Part shown: piece by piece, positions 59,543-64,000 of the stretch | Numbering within the stretch: the first letter of the stretch is position 1 | Layout of the letters: each line of letters opens with the position of its first letter | Assembly (NCBI GenBank): GCA_001792345.1 | Contig: MGGJ01000013.1 | Location: 85,371-149,370, forward strand | Source: Candidatus Woesebacteria bacterium RIFCSPHIGHO2_01_FULL_39_32 | Lineage (GTDB): Bacteria > Patescibacteriota > Microgenomatia > UBA8517 | Direction: 5' to 3' | DNA: 64,000 nt | The notes under the pieces: model-generated | What the model saw: the letters and a program-made list of their open reading frames with translations, nothing else | Told to the model about the DNA's origin: nothing | Database searches by the model: none | Translations under genes and position numbers: made by a program

Positions 59543-60637
59543 TTACATTCCTTTAGAGATTCTAATCTTATCAAGTAAACTCATATCGGAGAGGACTATT
59601 CCACATCCTCTAACCACACATGTTAGTGGATCTTCGGCAATATAGGTAGGCATTTTAGTTGCTTCGGCTATAACCTCATCGATGCCGGGTAGCAGTGATC
59701 CCCCACCTGCTAAAAAAATTCCCTTTTCCATAATATCTGCAACCAACTCAGGTGGAGTTTCTTCAAGGGTATCTACTATGTTTCCAATAATTTCCTGAAT
59801 GGTAGGAGCGAGTGCTTCGCGAATTTCAGCACTCGTAAGTTTTATTGATTTCGGAAGTCCTGTCTCCAAATCGCGACCTCGCACGACAAAAAACTTTTCT
59901 TCTTTCAATTGCGCAACACTTCCAATTGTGACTTTCACTTCTTCGGCTGTGGCTTCACCCAAAAGAAGGGAATATTTAAGTCGTACATAGGAGGCAATTG
60001 CCTCATCCATCTCGTCGCCCGCAATTCGAATTGATCGGCCAACCACAGTACCACCCAATGATATAACAGCCATCTCGGACGTACCGCCTCCTATGTCTAC
60101 AATAAAGATTCCTTCGGGTCCCTCTACAGGCAAACCCGCCCCAATTGCAGCAGCCATGGGTTCTTCAATTAGATGAGCCTCGCGGGCTCCAGACGTGACT
60201 GCTGCATCAGCAACAGCTCTTCTTTCAACCTCGGTAACCCCTGACGGAATTCCAATGACTACTCTAGGTCTTGGTACTTTGGGAAATACTCCGCCGGATT
60301 CATGAACACGTCTTATGTAGTGCGAAAGCATCGCGGCAGTAGCATCAAAATCGGCTATAACTCCATCTCGAAGAGGCCGAATAGTTTCAATCGTTGCCGG
60401 TGCACGCCCTATCATTCTCTTGGCTGAAGATCCTATTGCAAGTATTTCCTTTGTTTTTTTATGACGAGCGATCGCAGAAGGTTCACGAATGACAATACCT
60501 TTTCCTTTCACCCACACAAGTGTATTTGCTGTACCCAGATCAATCCCTACATCGTGAGAAAAAAGACCAAATATCCTATTTATATGAAACCTGGGTAAAA
60601 TACTACCTAATCGTTTGATGTTCGATCTTAACTTCAT
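59543..60637 (-). CDS. mreB: rod shape-determining protein MreB
   Basis: GIDLGTANT, EPMAAAIGAG, DIGGGT; start may lie a little downstream. Confidence 0.96.
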   Translation of the reverse strand: MKLRSNIKRLGSILPRFHINRIFGLFSHDVGIDLGTANTLVWVKGKGIVIREPSAIARHKKTKEILAIGSSAKRMIGRAPATIETIRPLRDGVIADFDATAAMLSHYIRRVHESGGVFPKVPRPRVVIGIPSGVTEVERRAVADAAVTSGAREAHLIEEPMAAAIGAGLPVEGPEGIFIVDIGGGTSEMAVISLGGTVVGRSIRIAGDEMDEAIASYVRLKYSLLLGEATAEEVKVTIGSVAQLKEEKFFVVRGRDLETGLPKSIKLTSAEIREALAPTIQEIIGNIVDTLEETPPELVADIMEKGIFLAGGGSLLPGIDEVIAEATKMPTYIAEDPLTCVVRGCGIVLSDMSLLDKIRISKGM

Positions 60638-60742
60638 CCACTGCAGTATAGCTTTTTGCTAATTAGTTGCAAACTATAAAATTGTGAAGCTTAAATTATA
60701 TTCTCACTTCACATTTAAAGCGTCGGATTGTAAAGTTATTTT

Positions 60743-60851
60743 ATGACATTCTCAGCGGGCTGAGAGCCCGCTGTTTCACACATGAGCGAGAATGACATAT
60801 CAAGTTCAATTCCTCCGTGGGCTAAGAGCCCACGGTTTCCTTGAAATTGCT
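60743..60851 (-). mobile_element. non-autonomous IS200/IS605-type palindrome mini-element (109 bp)
   Basis: On the minus strand follows TCAT and ends in TCAT; two hairpins (60815-60835, 60753-60773) each preceded by GAAA. Confidence 0.75.
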
Positions 60852-62990
60852 ATGAGCAAAACTATAACAAAACTAATCGAATATCTATTTTTTCTTCTCC
60901 TACTATTAACCCCTTTGGTTGTTTTCCCGAAAACTTCCGAACTCTTTGAGTTTAACAAAATGATCCTGACCTACATTTTTACGGTTTTAATTATCTCACT
61001 CTGGATCATTCGAATAATAATTGAGGGAAAAGTTATTTTTCGTCGAAGCTTACTTGATATTCCTTTAATAGTTTTTTTAATTTCTCAGTTTCTTAGCACT
61101 ATAGTCTCCGTTGATTACAGAACATCACTTCTTGGGTATTATTCACGCTTTCATGGAGGTTTTATGTCGAGCGTCAGCTACTCTTTTGTCTATTGGGCAT
61201 ATGTTTCAAATATGAACCGAGAATCCACACATAAGGCTTTGAAATTTTTATTTTCTTCGGCACTGATCGTTAGCATGTGGGGGATTTTGGAGCAGACAGG
61301 TCACTCATTAAGTTGTCTGCTATTTCCCGAGTTCAAAAGTTTCGACGTATCCTGTTGGGTACAAGACGTTAAAAACAGAGTCTTTGCGACAATCGGCCAA
61401 CCCAATTGGTTAGCAGCGTGGATTGTAGTCATAATCCCACTAGCGTGGGCTTACGGAATTTCCAATAAATTAAAAAAATCAAATTACAAAGTATTAAATA
61501 AATTATTTTGGATAATGCTTTCTACTCTATTCCTTCTTACTCTTCTATACACTAAATCACGTTCCGGTCTTGGAGCTTTCGTTCTGGCTTTTTTCCTTTT
61601 CTGGATATCCACTTTCTTGCTATTTAGCTTCAACAAAATTCACACGACCGTTTTAAAAAAGTTGATCGTATTTTCTTTTCTTATTACCCTTTTAATGACG
61701 GGGTTTATAATATTTGCAGTAGGCACTCCGTGGACTCCAAGGTTAAGAGATTTAATTTCAAACCAACAATCAACTACTGACTCCCAACAACCTGCAGCTC
61801 CCGTCGGACCTGCACTTGAGGTTGGTGGAACCGAATCCGGAAAGATTAGAGGAATTGTTTGGAAAGGGGCGATTGATATCTGGAAACATTACCCAATACT
61901 AGGAACTGGTGTGGAAACTTTTGCTTTTTCCTATTACAATTTTCGCCCCGTCGAGCATAATCTAGTCTCAGAATGGGACTACCTCTACAATAAAGCGCAC
62001 AACGAATATTTGAATTTTGCTGCTACAACAGGAACGCTCGGCTTACTTTCATATTTGTTTCTAATAGGAGCAGTCCTCTACCAAATCACTAAAATATCAA
62101 TAACCAGTAGCCAAAAGGATCCTAATTCCTATATCCTACTTCCCATATCCCTCTTAGCAGGTTTTTCCAGTATCCTTGTAACCAACTTCTTCGGCTTCTC
62201 TGTCGTCATCGTGGCGCTCTTATTTCTCCTGTACCCCGCAATGGCAGTAACTTTAGGGCATGAGAGTAAAAGTGTTGAAGAGTATAAGTTTAAAACCTTA
62301 TCTAATGGCCAAATACTAGGTATTCTTATCTCATGCACTCTAGCTCTTATACTCTTATACTCTATTTCTAAGTACTGGTACGCAGATTACCTCTACGCAC
62401 AAGGAAAACTCAATAATGATGCAGGAAACTTCGTAAAAGGTCGTGAACTTATAAACCGCGCGGTTTCCTTATCTCCGAAAGAAAGCATATTTTGGAGCGA
62501 ATTATCCAGTTCAACCGCAACACTTGCTCTTTTTGCAGCGAAACAAAACGACTCTGAACTTGCAAAACAATTAGCCAATTCCGCCGTTATTGAATCCGGG
62601 AACGCAGTTGCACTCTCTCCTGCAAACGTTAATCTTAAAAGAGATATGGCGGCGAGATTAGTAGACCTGGCTCCTTTAAATCCAAACTATATAATTTCAG
62701 CCAGGGATACTTTGATTGAGGCTTCGCGCCTTGCTCCGACTGAAGCAAAACTCCAATACAACCTTTCGATTGCACATCTACGGGTAGGTGACTACGCAAA
62801 AGCAATTGAAGTTATGGAAAAAGTAATTGATATGAAACCAGATTATCGACAAGCCCGCTATGCACTGGCACTCATGTACATTGACGCCGACGAAAAGCAA
62901 AAAGCGAAAGACCAGCTAGAATATATTCTTAATAATCTCAATAGAGATGATGTTGAGGCCCGACGTGAACTTACTGAATTGGGTCTGTAA
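60852..62990 (+). CDS. O-antigen ligase-like membrane protein with C-terminal TPRs
   Basis: ATIGQPNWLA, TKSRSG, IRGIVW, GTGVETF, KAHNEYL; start ATG 60852. Confidence 0.88.
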   Translation: MSKTITKLIEYLFFLLLLLTPLVVFPKTSELFEFNKMILTYIFTVLIISLWIIRIIIEGKVIFRRSLLDIPLIVFLISQFLSTIVSVDYRTSLLGYYSRFHGGFMSSVSYSFVYWAYVSNMNRESTHKALKFLFSSALIVSMWGILEQTGHSLSCLLFPEFKSFDVSCWVQDVKNRVFATIGQPNWLAAWIVVIIPLAWAYGISNKLKKSNYKVLNKLFWIMLSTLFLLTLLYTKSRSGLGAFVLAFFLFWISTFLLFSFNKIHTTVLKKLIVFSFLITLLMTGFIIFAVGTPWTPRLRDLISNQQSTTDSQQPAAPVGPALEVGGTESGKIRGIVWKGAIDIWKHYPILGTGVETFAFSYYNFRPVEHNLVSEWDYLYNKAHNEYLNFAATTGTLGLLSYLFLIGAVLYQITKISITSSQKDPNSYILLPISLLAGFSSILVTNFFGFSVVIVALLFLLYPAMAVTLGHESKSVEEYKFKTLSNGQILGILISCTLALILLYSISKYWYADYLYAQGKLNNDAGNFVKGRELINRAVSLSPKESIFWSELSSSTATLALFAAKQNDSELAKQLANSAVIESGNAVALSPANVNLKRDMAARLVDLAPLNPNYIISARDTLIEASRLAPTEAKLQYNLSIAHLRVGDYAKAIEVMEKVIDMKPDYRQARYALALMYIDADEKQKAKDQLEYILNNLNRDDVEARRELTELGL

Positions 62991-63006
62991 TGATATAATC
63001 GCCGTT

Positions 63007-63567
63007 ATGATCAGAGATATAGTAAATGCAAAAGACCCAAGGCTACGTGTTACTTCAAAACCGGTTAACAAAATTGATAAAAAGATACGCGAAATAATAA
63101 ATGATCTTAAAGAGACGCTTGTCGTTCAAAACGATCCGGAAGGAATTGGATTGGCGGCACCGCAAATAGGGAAAAATGTTCGCGTGTTTGTAATGAAACC
63201 AGATGAGGAAATAACAACCGTAATCAATCCCAAGATTCTAAAAATCTATGATTCATCTCCTCATGGATCATTTAAGAAAAAATCTAATAAAGGAAAGCCT
63301 GCAAAGAAAGATAAAAAAATAATGGAGGGTTGCCTATCTCTTCCCCATTTCTACGGACCTATCAGACGCGCCAAGAAAGTCACAATTGAGTATCTCGAAG
63401 AAAATGGCGTTAAGAAAAATAAAACATTTGAAGGACTGGAAGCTCAAATTGTTCTGCATGAAATTGATCATCTGGACGGGAAGCTTTTTATAGATCGGCT
63501 TATTGAACAGAAAAAGCCGTTATTCGAATATAAAGATGGAGAATGGGAAGAGGTGGATCTTATATGA
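63007..63567 (+). CDS. def: peptide deformylase
   Basis: GIGLAAPQIG, EGCLS, HEIDHLDG. Confidence 0.97.
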   Translation: MIRDIVNAKDPRLRVTSKPVNKIDKKIREIINDLKETLVVQNDPEGIGLAAPQIGKNVRVFVMKPDEEITTVINPKILKIYDSSPHGSFKKKSNKGKPAKKDKKIMEGCLSLPHFYGPIRRAKKVTIEYLEENGVKKNKTFEGLEAQIVLHEIDHLDGKLFIDRLIEQKKPLFEYKDGEWEEVDLI

Positions 63568-64000
63568 AGATCGTTTTTTTTGGTACCCCCGATTACGTCT
63601 TACCAGTTTTAGATGCTCTGCATAAAGCATTCAAGCCTCGATCTCTCGAATCTCCGATTGCTGCAGTAGTTACTCAACCACCTAAACCCATCGGAAGAAA
63701 ACAGCAATTAGAATATTCGCCTGCTGATAATTGGGCGCACAAGAAAAAAATTCCGATATTTTTTGATCCCAACGACATTATAAAAAACAAAATTCAGGCT
63801 GATATCGGAATTCTGGCATCTTACGGACGAATTATCACAAAGGATGTAATTGATTATTTCCCTCATGGAATACTTAACATTCACTTTTCCTTATTGCCCG
63901 AATTAAGAGGAGCCGCACCCATCCCTGCAACTCTTGTTATGGGGAAAAAAGACGCTGGAGTAACAATCTTCAGGTTAGATGAGCTTCTTGATCACGGGCA
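63564..64000 (+). CDS. fmt: methionyl-tRNA formyltransferase (partial, runs off window)
   Basis: MKIVFFGTP, VVTQP, ASYG, NIHFSLLP..RGAAP. Confidence 0.95.
   Translation, partial: MKIVFFGTPDYVLPVLDALHKAFKPRSLESPIAAVVTQPPKPIGRKQQLEYSPADNWAHKKKIPIFFDPNDIIKNKIQADIGILASYGRIITKDVIDYFPHGILNIHFSLLPELRGAAPIPATLVMGKKDAGVTIFRLDELLDHG

Noticed and set aside
60792-60851. N-terminal extension of the O-antigen ligase-like ORF
   Set aside because: It derives from the inserted mini-element; ATG 60852 is the likely start
1-64000. Alternative genetic code (TGA read as Gly)
   Set aside because: Conserved genes such as ychF, def, recR and glyA end at TGA at their expected C-termini

Overview
A 64-kb stretch of a small-genome, AT-rich bacterium using genetic code 11. 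Compact operons, many apparently leaderless starts, short EF-Ts and ProRS, and no pyrH between tsf and frr suggest a Patescibacteria/CPR (Microgenomates-like) organism; this is inference. Most of the window is housekeeping: prfA end, rpsF-ssb-rpsR, ychF, cysS, dnaX-ebfC-recR, proS, rpsB-tsf-frr, a dcd-thyX-tmk-glyA-folD thymidylate cluster, topA-dprA, mreB-mrdA and def-fmt. The main discovery is an ~8.6-kb island (7136-15751) integrated in the 5' end of ychF. Its large serine recombinase gene is itself split by the attachment site: when integrated the recombinase ends in 13 aa read from an alternative ychF frame, while rejoining the ends fuses in frame a 62-aa tail now at the far end. The island also gives ychF a new start. 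Its cargo is two sulfotransferases, a HAD phosphatase, a nucleotidyltransferase, a group II PLP decarboxylase, a GT4 glycosyltransferase and a MetRS. Other notable items are two ~110-bp IS200/IS605-type mini-elements obeying the guide/cleavage pairing rule, a palindromic repeat inserted in frame in several proteins and in a T-box leader, heptamer repeat arrays, a one-gene cassette flanked by a duplicated folD 3' end, an Erm-like methylase and a large Fic-domain protein. No rRNA, tRNA or CRISPR array was seen. All calls come from reading the sequence; no database search was run.
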